From Naegleria gruberi (taxonomy: Eukaryota): a stretch of DNA of 64,000 nucleotides. The position numbers were made by a program, and so were the translations under genes. How positions within the stretch are numbered: position 1 is the first letter of the stretch; each line of letters opens with the position of its first letter. The DNA lies in NCBI GenBank assembly GCA_000004985.1, contig GG738846.1; one strand, 5' to 3'. Shown here piece after piece: positions 1-11,808 of this stretch. The notes beneath the pieces were generated by a model. The model made no database searches and was not told where the DNA came from. It was given only the letters and a program-made list of their open reading frames with translations.

Positions 1-2
1 AC

Positions 3-1703
3 TCTCCACTTCAAATATGGGAGTATTTCTGTGATATTCTTGGAACAAAGGCACTCTCTATTAATATGCCACATTCAAAAATTGAAAATACACTCTTATC
101 TGGTATTAAGAGATATCCAAGTGAGGTTGGAAAGTTGTGGACTACTCTCGCACAATATTATATTCAATATGGTAAATTTGATATTGCTATGGGAATTTAT
201 GAAAAAGGAATGGAAAGTGTATCCACAGTTAAGGATTGGAATTTGATATTTGATACATATGCCAAACTCTTTGATGAGCTTATCAAAGTACAAATGAGTG
301 ATCTTCAGAGCGAAAATCCTGACAAAGCTCTTGAAGCAAAGCTTGAAATATTAATTGCAAAATATGAAGGATTGATGGATAGACGAGCACTACTTCTAAA
401 TACTGTAAAACTTAAACAAAATCCAAGTCACGTTCATGAATGGCACAACAGAATTAAACTGTTAAAGGCCATCAAAGATCATGAAAGAGTAATTGAAGCT
501 TATGAGCAAGCTATACAAAATATCAAGTCTGACCAAGCTACTCACGGCAAATTATTTACAATCTGGAACAGTTATGCTAGATTCTTTGAAATGGAACTTA
601 AATCTATTGAAAAAGCTAGAGAAGTATATGATAGATGTTTGAGTGAAACAACAGACGATAGTACAAACATTTTGTCTGTGGTTGACTTGGAGAGAGTTGT
701 TACTGATTATGCTGAAATGGAATTGAGAAATAACAATCCACAGCAAGCATTAGCTATTCTATTTAAAGCAACTCATCCAAACGACAAATCAAACACTTTA
801 TCTTGCCAACGCTCACTACTTGTGTGGAGTTTTTTACTAGATCTTGAAGAGTCAACTACCAAGAATATTAAGAGAATGAAGAAATTCTTCAACGAAATGA
901 TAGATCTCAAAATTGTTACACCAAATACTGTAATTAATTTTACTAATTTATTGATTGAAAATAAGTATTTTGAAGAAGCATTCAAAATATTCGAGAGAGC
1001 AACCTCACTCTTCCACTACCCACAAGTTTTTCCCATTTGGATGCAATATTTACTTCAGTTTGTAAATAGATACCAACACACCAAATCCGAAAGAAGTAGA
1101 GACATGTTTGAACAAGCCATCAAAAATTTACCATTCTACTCTATCGACAGGGCTGCCCAAGAGTTTGCCTCTGAAAAGAAGTATATTGTGAAAAACCAAC
1201 ACGCTAGAGACTTTTTCTTATTGTATGCCAACTTTGAAGAAAATTATGGAATCAGCTCAAAGGCAATTAATGTATATGATAGAGCAACCAAGTCTGTAAC
1301 TCCAAACTCACAAGAACAATTCCAACTTTATCAATTATACATCACACGTATTACTGAAACTTATGGAGTTGCTAAGGCAAGAGAAGTTATTGATCTTGCA
1401 TTGAATCAATCTGTAGAGATGAATAATGCCAAGGAAGAATCATATGTATTTATTAGAGACTTGGCACTTAAATATGTTTACATGGAACTGAAACTTGGTG
1501 AAGTTGACCGTGCAAGAAGTATTTTTGCTTTTGCGTCCTCTTTCTGCAATCCTGACAATACTGATCATTTTACAAAATTCTGGGATAGATGGCAAAAGTT
1601 TGAAAAATGTTATGGCAATTTAGAAACATTCAAGGAATATCTTAGAGTACGTCGATTTGTCCAGCAACAATATAGCTCTTCAAACACTGCATTCAAAAAA
1701 TAA
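3..1703 (+). CDS. Pre-mRNA splicing factor SYF1/XAB2 (HAT/TPR repeats), C-terminal part. The reading frame is open to the window edge, so the gene is 5'-truncated.
   Basis: The frame of the 545-aa ORF has no stop codons back to nt 3. The repeated W..YA..E HAT-like helices and the C-terminal ...YGNLETFKEYLRVRRFVQQQY match the XAB2/SYF1 C-terminus from memory. Confidence 0.6.
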   Translation, partial: SPLQIWEYFCDILGTKALSINMPHSKIENTLLSGIKRYPSEVGKLWTTLAQYYIQYGKFDIAMGIYEKGMESVSTVKDWNLIFDTYAKLFDELIKVQMSDLQSENPDKALEAKLEILIAKYEGLMDRRALLLNTVKLKQNPSHVHEWHNRIKLLKAIKDHERVIEAYEQAIQNIKSDQATHGKLFTIWNSYARFFEMELKSIEKAREVYDRCLSETTDDSTNILSVVDLERVVTDYAEMELRNNNPQQALAILFKATHPNDKSNTLSCQRSLLVWSFLLDLEESTTKNIKRMKKFFNEMIDLKIVTPNTVINFTNLLIENKYFEEAFKIFERATSLFHYPQVFPIWMQYLLQFVNRYQHTKSERSRDMFEQAIKNLPFYSIDRAAQEFASEKKYIVKNQHARDFFLLYANFEENYGISSKAINVYDRATKSVTPNSQEQFQLYQLYITRITETYGVAKAREVIDLALNQSVEMNNAKEESYVFIRDLALKYVYMELKLGEVDRARSIFAFASSFCNPDNTDHFTKFWDRWQKFEKCYGNLETFKEYLRVRRFVQQQYSSSNTAFKK

Positions 1704-1813
1704 GAGAATAAAATTGGAATAGTATTATAATTTTCAACACAAAACAACGAACAAGTGATTTATGGATAAATCATCATCCAATATTTAATTTAAATAAAAT
1801 TATTTATTAAAAA

Positions 1814-4800
1814 ATGAGTAGCGAAGCATTGTGGAAGGAACTCATCCAACAATTATTCGCTATTGCAAGTGGTGAACAGTTGATTTCCGTGATCAACGTA
1901 CAACATGTTGTTATTGATAAGAAGAGAGGTAAAATTATGGAGGATAGAATTGTTTGCTTGACAACAAAAAAGAAGATGATTACTACCTCTAAAAAGAAGA
2001 AGGGATACACAATTCAAGTTTTAGTTATTAGACGTGATAAAGAAGGAATTTTCCACATTGAAAAATCCTATAAATTGAAGAGATTGGCTAAAATTGAAGG
2101 TTCCGAAGAAGGATCCGATATGGAATTTATTTTACATTTTACAAACCATGTAAAGCCATTCAAAATTATAAGCGATAACGTCGAACAAAAGAACATTTTT
2201 ATTTCTAAATTATTACAAGTCTGTAGAGAAAATTTTGGAACTGAACCAGTATTGGAAAACATTAATCTTGTTGAATTATCGGATTATATTGTAGAGGAAG
2301 AAGAAAATGATGAGGAAAATTTATTTAAAGATGAAATTGGAGATGTCTCTCAAAGAGATTTAGTCACTGAGGAAGAAGAAAAGATTATGAGAAAAGTGTT
2401 GGAACAGTTTAATGAAGATATGAGTGACGCAAAACAAGTATCATCCCAACTCAACCAAAGATTGGCTATTTATGAAAGAGAAAATATTCATGCAATCTTA
2501 CAAAAGCAAGATCAATGGGAAATGATTATTCAACAACTTGACAATACAGAAAATTTACTTGAAGATATGAACGATTGGTTAGAGAAATATAACAAGAAAT
2601 TGATGCTCATGCAAAAAGATATTGTTCAAATTGAATCTGAAAATAACAATATGGAACTTCAAGCCAGAAACTTGAAATGCCTCTCTGATGAACTGGACTC
2701 TTTAATTGTATGTTGTTTCATATTTCAAATATTTACTATTAATGTTGTCTTACTTAGAATACATTGGAATTTGCTGATAGTTATGATAAAAGTATCCAAA
2801 ATGATCCTTTTGATGGTAAATTAAATAAGATTAATGATGCTGTGGAAAAACTGCAATCATCTCTCAATAACAAATTACAAGATGGTATGGACGATATGGT
2901 AGCTGTAAAGTAGGTTTATTTCTCGTTGAAATTTGATAATTATTTTTAGGGAACGTGTAAAATATTTCCAAGAGTTGAGATTCAACTTTGTATATAGATT
3001 CAAAATGTTTATGAAGTCTTACTTTAAAAAACTTGCCTCTCAACTATTAAAACAAAGAGGAAAGAACTACAAATATTCCATAGATCTTAAAACTGTAAAT
3101 TATAATAGTTATCATAGAGATATGATTCAGGTAGGTTGAGTTGTACAATTTCATCTTTTTACCATTCAATAATTAGATCCACAAAGATTGCATTCACAAA
3201 GAATTATTAAAATATTCTATTCTCATGGAATGTGTACATTCCACACAAAATGCTGTAAAAGACCAACAATTATTCGAAGTACTTAAAGCCAAGTGGAAGG
3301 AATCTCAAAAGAGATTTTCACTCACTCTAATGAAGAAGGACAAAATGATGGATAAACCATTAGAAATGTTACAAGGAAAATATACAAAAGCAATGTCTAC
3401 CTTGTATCATAAGGAAATCCATGAATATATTCTCGATGTTAGATCTGTAATCAAGTCCAAAAAAGAAAACAAGGTCAGCAAAACTTTCTTGTTGGGTACA
3501 AAGAGTACACAATTAACAGAAAAAATTGTTAAAGATACAAAGCATACATCACTGAGAAAATCCATCAAAATTCCAAAATCAGTATCAGATTCAATCTCAA
3601 AGGCTACAATGATGGATGATGAATCTACACTAGGTACTGAAATTGATTTTTCAGATGAAGAAGAAGATTTTGATGATGAAATTATTGAATATGTAAAACC
3701 TCAACAGTCTGATATTTCATCCAGAGTTGACACTCTTTATGCTTACTGCTTGAACACTATTTGTAGCACAATGTTCCAAGAACAACAACATATTTCTAAA
3801 TTATTCTTAATGGATACCAGTTTGGAGGAAGTTCCATTTGTAACATTTGATGAACAGTACGAAAGTGAAGATGAAACTCAGAGCACAGAAGGAGATCAGA
3901 AAAAATCTCTTGATATTGTACCAGGAGCAGCAGAAACTAGTCAAAACTCTCTAAAATCAGAGGTTTATGTAATGATGGAAAAGATGTTCAAGGAAACCAA
4001 TGAAAGTATGGCAAAGATTACCAAATATGTTGAGTCTAATACTGACAAATTTTATTCTCTTTCTATGAGTTTAGCTGCTGAAAGACAATTCAGATACTAT
4101 AACGGAAAAAGTGTTTACATTTCAGAATATATTTTATATGTCAAGACACTCATTCAGCAGATTATCCACAAGTTTATTTCAAAACAAATAGAATCTATTG
4201 AGGAATATAAGTGCACCATCAAAAAGACACATGTGGTTCCTTATATTGCCAAGTTTTCCTACTTTAACGATAGATTTGAAAGTATCATGATGAACTTTTC
4301 AGATATGAGTACTGCTAGATCAAGTGCCACGACTGATTATTTAAAGATTATCAAAGCTATGTTTGATTCTTTGGAGAAACTTGCCAATACCAATGAAAAG
4401 CATGCTTCTGCATTTAGAATGAAGAACTACTCATATTTCTATCACTCCTTACTGAAGAGACCAAACTTGTGTCAAAATGAGTTGCTTGCAAAACAAGCTG
4501 ATATTGCCAAGAAGAGATTCGAAGATGCTTGCAGATTCTATATCCTCTGGATGATTAACTTTAGATTTGAGCAATTATTCCAATTTATTGATGGTTTGGA
4601 AGATTGTATTAAAACCACATCAAAGGAAGACATTATTTATCAAACTCAATTCTCCAAGTCTAAAGTTAAGGAATTAATCAAAAAGTATGATCAAACTGTT
4701 CTCCAAAAAGGAATTACGGACCTAATGAAACGTACGGATAAACATATTGGACAAAAGAATGTGGATGAGTCTACCTACAAAATTCCAAAAGCCATTGAGG

Positions 4801-4970
4801 AAAGAGGACCAAAAGCTCTTCACAAAGAAGTCTGGTCCAGATTGAGAAAATTCTTCACAACAAAATATGAAAGGTTTGAATCAATCATTACAGAAAGCTA
4901 TCCAACATGCAAACCAACTAGTTCAAAGGAAGTGGAAGCAATATTTGATTCTTTGAATATTAAAGATTAA
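1814..4970 (+). CDS. Exocyst complex component Sec3/EXOC1, 4 exons.
   Basis: Exons are 1814-2707, 2758-2909, 2950-3130 and 3177-4970. Introns are 2708-2757 (GTATGT..TAG), 2910-2949 (GTAGGT..TTTTAG) and 3131-3176 (GTAGGT..TTAG), and the exon phases join three ORF-track pieces. The N-terminal PH-like Sec3 PIP2-binding region (SVINVQHVV...KKKK...FILHFTNHVKPFKII...NIFISKLLQVCRENFG) resembles human EXOC1 residues ~20-120. A long coiled-coil and C-terminal region follow. Confidence 0.75.
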
Positions 4971-5039
4971 ATAGATGTCATCAACATCTTTTTTCATCTT
5001 TTTTTCTTTTGTATTGGTGGCAATAATGGGAAAATAAAA

Positions 5040-5128
5040 AGGCGACTGAGGGAATTGAACCCTCGACCCTCAGTTATCTCAGCATTTCTGCCTACAAGAC
5101 TGATGCACTACCACTGTGCTAAGCCGCC
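5040..5128 (-). tRNA. Intron-containing tRNA. The anticodon reads as UGU (Thr) with a 17-nt intron 3' of position 37.
   Basis: The reverse complement folds as a cloverleaf: acceptor GGCGGCT/AGTCGCC, D stem GCAC/GTGC, anticodon stem TCAGT/ACTGA, loop CTTGTA[GGCAGAAATGCTGAGAT]A, T arm GAGGG-TTCAATT-CCCTC. A TTTT run follows the 3' end. The isotype call is by manual folding only. Confidence 0.6.
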
Positions 5129-5246
5129 CTCACAATGAGCAACATATGACAAAATTTCGAAAAAATTCTAATTTAAACATTTCATGTCCACAATGCTGTT
5201 CAGGTAAAAAATTTTAGAATAAACCCACTAAATTTTTTATTTACAT

Positions 5247-8174
5247 CTATGCTTCTTCAAAAGTGATTTCATCATTGTAAGGAGAAACCGAAGAAACTCT
5301 AACAAATACTAAATTTCCAGCAGCCCTATTTTGAGCTGACTTGACACTAGTCTTAAAAGCTGATTCCATAAGATAAAGCTCTGATGTGTAAGGAAGTTCA
5401 TTAGGATCCAAACTTGTAACAGAGTTCTTTCTAGTTTCTAATACAAGTGCCTTGTACTTATTAAGATTTGATGATTTGGTAAGATTTTGTTCAAAATACT
5501 TCAATAACCAAAAACGTTCACTCTTCTTTTGCAAACTATTGATAGCTCTAGTTGTTGGTTCAATAGCAAAGATCATTTCTTGAATTTCATCCCAGGTAAA
5601 TGGTTGTTTTTCTCCTCTCATTTGAGCCTTGAGTTGATAGTGAACCATCAAGTCGCTGTATCTTCTGATTGGAGATGTGACTTGAACATAGTTTGCACTA
5701 CCAATGCCTTGGTGGAATTTTGGTGATTGATTAATGCAAACACCTGCAATAGGGTAGAATTTCTTGTTAGAATCAACAACCAATTCACAAACATCCTTTT
5801 CAGGCAAGTTAGTACGAAGAGAAAGAATCTTTTGCATTTCTTCATTGGAAAGAAGAGGTGGAAGATCAGTAGTAACAGTTCTAGTACCTCTATAAGGAAC
5901 AGCAATATCATGTTGATGAGCATAGAATCCTCCAATTTCGTTGGCAGCAATCATAAATTCTTGTACCAATCTTCTAGAAGGACTCACAAGTTCCTCAAAT
6001 GTTGTGGAAACTTCAATATTCTTCTCAGAGTCGCTGACATAAACCTTTGGTCTTGGTGTCAAAGTTGGTGGAGTTGCACCTTTACCCATTCTAAAGGCAA
6101 AACGTAAATTAGCAACTTTAACCATATGTTCGAAAGCTTGTTGAACTTCAGGTTCAGCTTGGACAGTATTTTCAATAATGTTGTCAGCCATAGAGTAATC
6201 TACCTTCTTGACCTTTCCGAGTATTGCTGGAAAGACATCCCATTCAGATAGAGAACCATCACTATTAATCTTTGAAGAGAAGGTTAATGAAAAGTTTTCC
6301 TTCAAATCAGAAAGACTGAGAATGTTTGCACTCAGATCAGCAGCAATCATACTGAACTTAATGTCAGGCAGGTAAACACTGGATACTCTTTTTTGAGCTT
6401 CCTTATCGATGCTTGAGCCTTGATCAATGTATCTGGTAACATCAGCAATGTGAACATATATGTAGTATTCACCATTCTTAACTTCAATACTGACTCCATC
6501 ATCAACTTCTGTAGTCTTTGGATATTCGTCAATTGTAAATACAGTCAGGTGTCTCAAGTCTTTTCTGATTTTGCTGTCTGGATCTGATGCAGACATTATA
6601 GAATTCCTAGCTTCTTCCACAATTTGCTTAAATTTGTCCTCTTCTTTCATGTGGCACATATCTTCTTCCATTGACCTCAATAAGTGAATGTTTTGTGTTT
6701 TGAATAGTTTCAAATCTCTTGCAACTCTGAATGCCTGCAAGTGATCATCAGCACCTAGAGGTTTGAAAAATGCTTCATAAATCCTCTTTCTACTTTCAAG
6801 ATTAGAGTACATTCCCAGCGCATATTGTCTGAATACTCCTAGCCTCTCTGCGTCCTTTTGTTCATCGAGTTCTAAGTTATCCCTAGTTATTTCAATATCA
6901 GGTCGCATAGCTTTAATCTCCTTCATTATATTATTTCTTAATTGTTTGTAAAATAGACTCCTCTCTTCATTTGTTACCAAGAGACGATTCGTTATCTTGA
7001 GTAAGAAGAGCTTATCTAGAAGAATGTTTTCCTTTTCCTCGGATCCCATATGTTTCAATTCTTCGACTTCTCTAAGGGATCTGCATTCAAAATTGAGATT
7101 GGATGTATGTTTAAAGTAGAGTGGGTTTTTGTACAAGAATCTGTAGGCAGAGTAGAGGGCAGTAGCATCTGTAGATTGGAATAGGTGTTCTGAAGCTTCC
7201 TTGATAGTTATTTTGACATTCTTTCGTTGTAAAAATGATCTCCACATCTTGTCACAATCCTCAGTTGTAAGGTTTGAAATCATATTGGCACTATCAATTT
7301 GCATTTGCTTGGCATCATCAATGTTGAATCTTTTGTCATTACTCTCATTCGAAAATTGATAGGTTAATTGATTGGAATTTACAACCTTGTTCATACCATG
7401 TATGTCAACGATCAACCACTTGTTGTTATTTTCATCCTGTGACTCTGGTCCTGTTATTATTGCCAACTTTCTTTCAAACTCGTCATCATATTCAACTATA
7501 ATACTTTGAGGTGTTCGTGATTCTTGACTAAAAGCTCGAGACAAGTTGATAGAACCAGGTGAAGCAAATGTATTCAAGTTAGTGTGGAATGCTCTCTTCC
7601 CATATTGATTAGCTTCTCTTTGTATCTTATTCTTGTTAGGTGAAGGTGGTCCTGATGTGGTAGTTGTGGTTGTTGATTTTCTATAGATACGAGAGCCAAT
7701 ATATTGGATCTTTTTCTTAGTTTCATTTGGTGTGGAAGCGGAGGTGGATGGTATTATTTCATCTGTTACTGATGAAGAAGTGGCAGCAATATATTCTGGA
7801 TATGGTTCTTGTTGGAGGAAGAAAGCTTCTTCATCAAAGTATGGATTAACAGCATTAGGTTGATGATGATATTGTTGATAACGTTGTTTAGAATGACCTT
7901 GGTAGTATGTAATGTTGTGATAGTGATAATTCTGAGCAAATGCATCACTATTTGATGTGGTAGTTGTTGTGGTCTTTTTGATGATGGAAGGATTTAAATG
8001 ATGATTATAGGAAGTTGTTGGTTGGGTTGTGTTGGAGGAAGATCCTCCAAAGTTTTCACTGTAGAATTTGTTAACCACAGGTGGAGCATTTGGGAGAGCA
8101 TTTACATTGTTGAGGATGGATATGGATTGGGAGAGACCTCCTGTATACTTCTTGAATGAGGTGTTCTTTGACAT
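5247..8174 (-). CDS. RNB-domain 3'-5' exoribonuclease (RNase II/R, Dis3/Dss1-like) with a long N/T/S-rich N-terminal low-complexity region.
   Basis: A 975-aa ORF. RNB catalytic motifs are present, including ...VTSPIRRYSDLMVHYQL... and the upstream FTID...D core. No introns are detected. Confidence 0.7.
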   Translation of the reverse strand: MSKNTSFKKYTGGLSQSISILNNVNALPNAPPVVNKFYSENFGGSSSNTTQPTTSYNHHLNPSIIKKTTTTTTSNSDAFAQNYHYHNITYYQGHSKQRYQQYHHQPNAVNPYFDEEAFFLQQEPYPEYIAATSSSVTDEIIPSTSASTPNETKKKIQYIGSRIYRKSTTTTTTSGPPSPNKNKIQREANQYGKRAFHTNLNTFASPGSINLSRAFSQESRTPQSIIVEYDDEFERKLAIITGPESQDENNNKWLIVDIHGMNKVVNSNQLTYQFSNESNDKRFNIDDAKQMQIDSANMISNLTTEDCDKMWRSFLQRKNVKITIKEASEHLFQSTDATALYSAYRFLYKNPLYFKHTSNLNFECRSLREVEELKHMGSEEKENILLDKLFLLKITNRLLVTNEERSLFYKQLRNNIMKEIKAMRPDIEITRDNLELDEQKDAERLGVFRQYALGMYSNLESRKRIYEAFFKPLGADDHLQAFRVARDLKLFKTQNIHLLRSMEEDMCHMKEEDKFKQIVEEARNSIMSASDPDSKIRKDLRHLTVFTIDEYPKTTEVDDGVSIEVKNGEYYIYVHIADVTRYIDQGSSIDKEAQKRVSSVYLPDIKFSMIAADLSANILSLSDLKENFSLTFSSKINSDGSLSEWDVFPAILGKVKKVDYSMADNIIENTVQAEPEVQQAFEHMVKVANLRFAFRMGKGATPPTLTPRPKVYVSDSEKNIEVSTTFEELVSPSRRLVQEFMIAANEIGGFYAHQHDIAVPYRGTRTVTTDLPPLLSNEEMQKILSLRTNLPEKDVCELVVDSNKKFYPIAGVCINQSPKFHQGIGSANYVQVTSPIRRYSDLMVHYQLKAQMRGEKQPFTWDEIQEMIFAIEPTTRAINSLQKKSERFWLLKYFEQNLTKSSNLNKYKALVLETRKNSVTSLDPNELPYTSELYLMESAFKTSVKSAQNRAAGNLVFVRVSSVSPYNDEITFEEA

Positions 8175-8653
8175 TTTCTTTGTTTTATATTAATATATTT
8201 CTAATATGATGATGGAATAAATTATTATTAGGATGATGAGAAGCAAATAGTCCGCAAGCTAAAGTCCTTTCAAAATATCCTCTTCTAATAGAATGAATTT
8301 TCTAGAAAGTAACAATAATAGTCTTACCAACTCTCTCAGGTGAATGTGATACAAGATGAAAGCCGTTACGAATTTCTTCAAAATTGCCTTCTTGTTACGG
8401 TTTGCTGCAGAACACGCGCAGTAATTGTTTCAGCTCAAAAAATTATTTGAGGAAAAATTCGGTTAGTCTTTTATTTTTTTTCAAAACTCTATTGAATATT
8501 TTTTATCCTTCTTTGTTTGGCTTGTGATAATAATTCTATTCGCAGTCAATGATTTACAATTTTTTCGAAGGTGAGGAAACAAGATTAATAATGATATTGA
8601 GGCTTGTGTGAGAGAAAGTAAAAATAAACAATCCTGTTTTTTGATTTATTTAA

Positions 8654-8682
8654 TAGAAAATGAGGCACAGCCTCATTTTCTA
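8654..8682. other. Perfect 13-bp inverted repeat with a 3-nt spacer (TAGAAAATGAGGC aca GCCTCATTTTCTA).
   Basis: Seen directly in the sequence. It is intergenic, ~480 bp upstream of the RNB gene start codon. Confidence 0.5.
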
Positions 8683-9899
8683 TTCAAAATAACTGTTCAC
8701 TATTAAAAACACTAGAAAAGGAACGGAAAATTATGAAAAATTTTTTGTAATCAATAAATTTTTAAAAAAAATACGTTCACATCAAACTGTTGAGTATATC
8801 ACTCATTCTATTACCACAGGCCTTTTCCTGTTACCAACGGTAAGTTGTTGTTGGCTCTCACTTTCTGACTCACTTTCTGTCAAACTCTCTTCATCACTCT
8901 CTAAACAGACACTGTAATCATCTACGTCACTATCTGGAAGATAGCTATGTCATGAGATAAGAAGTTGTATTTTGATGGATCAAAATCTTCTTTGGAATAC
9001 TCTTCGTCCAATAGTTTGCATATTCTATGATTGTGATGATTGTGTCCTTCCTATCACAAAATAAGCAATGGTTAGGTTCTCTCCTGAATTAGTTCAATCT
9101 CTCTACTTTTTAATGTGCTTGCCAATGCCTGTGTGTATCACATGATGGCAAATTTGCAATATTTACGAATATTTCATTGGTTGTAAAATTGCGTCAAGTG
9201 CTTCTCTATGTGGTGATCTGATGTATGATTGTCATTAATCAGAAGTTGCACTCTTTCACTTTGCTTGCAGAATATCAGTGGAAGACACACGACGTACCTG
9301 AATCCATCTTCTCTCTGGTAGTGTTCGGCTTATATTTCGTCATTAACACAGAGCCGTAACTCTGGAAAGTGTGATTGAATAAACAATGTTTATTTTGCAA
9401 AATGTTTACTCTTGGCTTGTCTTGAATTTCACTTACCTCCACAACAAGGACAAAAGTATTGTACTTTGGTTTTGGTTTGCCATGTTATTTTCAAATGATT
9501 AGTCCAAGATTCGAACACTGACCTGGCTGTCAATTATCGGATTCACTAACCGTTACGCTACTGTTACATTTAAAAAATTAGTCAACTTTGAGCGAGTATT
9601 TATAGATTGACATGTCAATCCGGAATATTTTTAATAGGATTGTGTATTTTAATTTTCTCACTGGCTCAATCAATTTAGATGCCTTAACTAAACGAAACTA
9701 ACACCAACCAAAGTTGAATATTTAAGTCAGTTCAAAGCACTGAGAAGGTTTATTCAACAACAGGAATAACAACAATATTTGTTAACCTGTATTCAGTAAA
9801 ATAATAAGAGAAGAATGAAAATTTAATCACAAAAAACAAAGAATAAAGGATATTAAAAGTAATGCTGACGACTTGATAAAGATGAGACATGCAAAAGGC

Positions 9900-9973
9900 T
9901 ACAGCGAGCGGGGCTTGAACCCGCGACCTTAAGCGTGTTAGGCTTACGATCTAACCAACTGATCTATCGCTGC
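9900..9973 (-). tRNA. tRNA-Val (anticodon AAC).
   Basis: The reverse complement is GCAGCGA-TA-GATC-AGTTGGTTA-GATC-G-TAAGC-CTAACAC-GCTTA-AGGTC-GCGGG-TTCAAGC-CCCGC-TCGCTGT-A. All four stems pair. The anticodon loop CCTAACACG is typical of Val-AAC. TTTT follows. Confidence 0.8.
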
Positions 9974-10322
9974 TACAGTATTAAGGATTTGAGGTATTTC
10001 TTAATCTTTTCAAAACATGGAAAACGAAGCGAATTTTTGAAGCGTTTCTATCTATCAAAACTGTCGAACCATAATTCTGAGTTATCTTATTCAGACTGGT
10101 GTATTAGATGAATAAGGGTCTGAGAAAACAGCAATTCGATGTGATGTTGTTGGTTTTCAGCTAGTTGTATTTTTTGATTAGTTAGCTAAAAAGATGAGTT
10201 TTTATGAGTTCTAACACAATTTCATCAATTCTATCATTCAATTACTAATTTAGTCAAAATACAATTGAAAGGTGAATCTCACTAATATTCGTATTTTGAG
10301 TTGACAAAAAAAAATAAACAAA

Positions 10323-11723
10323 ATGATGACAAATAATCCTCCACACAGGCTTTTGTTACTTGTTGTATTTGCACTGTGCATCCTTTGCTACTCATCATCA
10401 GACGCAACAACTTTCGTCCCACAACACGAAGTTTCAGATAGATTCTTCGTACCACCAACCAATGACCTCGCCATATCACCAAATACACAAAGTAGCAAAC
10501 CTATCAATACACAATCCTTCCGTACTACTTCCACTCAACAACAATGCTCATGTCCCAATTGTTATTGTAATAGTCAACAATGTCCAAAAGCAGTATCTGC
10601 AAATTCCTATCTAGTTCTCTCAGCAATGGAAGACTGTGCTGCCAATAATCAAGTTCCTGCTATTGGTCTTGTAAATATTCAATCAACTTCATCTTCAAAC
10701 CAATTCAAATATGGACTCGTTGATGAGGATAATAAGAATAAGGCATTGAGTGGTCAAGGTTTTAAATATTATGCCTATAAGAGTAACTTGGAAACTGCCA
10801 CTGATTGTGTGAGTGATAGTACACCTGCAATTAGAGTTACTGGAAAGGCATATTTAATTGCAAAAAGTTCTAATTTACTACTGGATACAAATGTCAGATT
10901 TAATATTCAAATGTCTTGTGTACTTGCTCCATTTTCAACTATTTCAATGAGTGTTAAACCAATGGATTATTCTAGATTTTATGTTGGTAAGAGAATGATG
11001 TGGTCTTTTTCATTTGTAAATCAATATGATAATGTTGACACTTGGCAGAAAGGTACTTTAATGACACCTGATAATGTTCTTGCATCAGTCAATAATGGAG
11101 TTGCCTCTCTCATTCATACCCCTTCTACTGTTGGTCAATTATCCCTCGACCTTAAATATACACCTGATTCCACAGTTTACGGAAGTATTTTCAACTTTGC
11201 TACTAAACCATTGGAAGTTTTCAAAATGGCTGTTGATGGATCAATTGAGGTTACTGATAAAGTACAACTCAAAAAAGAATTCCAAGTGAAATACACCATC
11301 AAGGATAGTGATGGAACTGTAACACCAAAGGTTGATTTGTCAAAATTGAGTTTTGTCTGCCCAGAAGTAGATTTGGTTTGTGTTAATCCAACAAGTGATG
11401 CTGGATCTGGGTCAAGTGTAACATGTACTGCAGGAAAGAGCGGTATTGCTGTCATTTTAATGCAATTCGATGGTAAAACAATTGATGCTTCTAGAAATGT
11501 AGCAGTTATAGAAATTGATCCAAATGCCAATGATAATGGAAAGTATTGGATCGACTATCAATCAGCAATTGTTGCAATGCTTGTTTTGGCTGTCATTGTA
11601 ATTGGAATTGTAGTAATTGCAGGTGCTGCTGGAATTTTCATATATTTTAAAAGAAGAAGAGCTGCCCAACCTCAAAAGATTAGATTATCAGAGGATGAAC
11701 AAGCTGAAGATTTAGAGGCATAA
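10323..11723 (+). CDS. Type I membrane glycoprotein of unknown function: signal peptide, Cys-containing ectodomain, single C-terminal TM helix and a short basic tail.
   Basis: A 466-aa ORF. The N-terminal hydrophobic signal is MMTNNPPHRLLLLVVFALCILC. The C-terminal TM is IVAMLVLAVIVIGIVVIAGAAGIFIYF, followed by KRRRAA. Confidence 0.5.
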   Translation: MMTNNPPHRLLLLVVFALCILCYSSSDATTFVPQHEVSDRFFVPPTNDLAISPNTQSSKPINTQSFRTTSTQQQCSCPNCYCNSQQCPKAVSANSYLVLSAMEDCAANNQVPAIGLVNIQSTSSSNQFKYGLVDEDNKNKALSGQGFKYYAYKSNLETATDCVSDSTPAIRVTGKAYLIAKSSNLLLDTNVRFNIQMSCVLAPFSTISMSVKPMDYSRFYVGKRMMWSFSFVNQYDNVDTWQKGTLMTPDNVLASVNNGVASLIHTPSTVGQLSLDLKYTPDSTVYGSIFNFATKPLEVFKMAVDGSIEVTDKVQLKKEFQVKYTIKDSDGTVTPKVDLSKLSFVCPEVDLVCVNPTSDAGSGSSVTCTAGKSGIAVILMQFDGKTIDASRNVAVIEIDPNANDNGKYWIDYQSAIVAMLVLAVIVIGIVVIAGAAGIFIYFKRRRAAQPQKIRLSEDEQAEDLEA

Positions 11724-11808
11724 ATAAATCTATTTCTAAAGAACATTTTAACTTCCTCCTAGTAACAAAATTAAGAATATTTATATTTAACAATTTAAGA
11801 ATGTGAAT

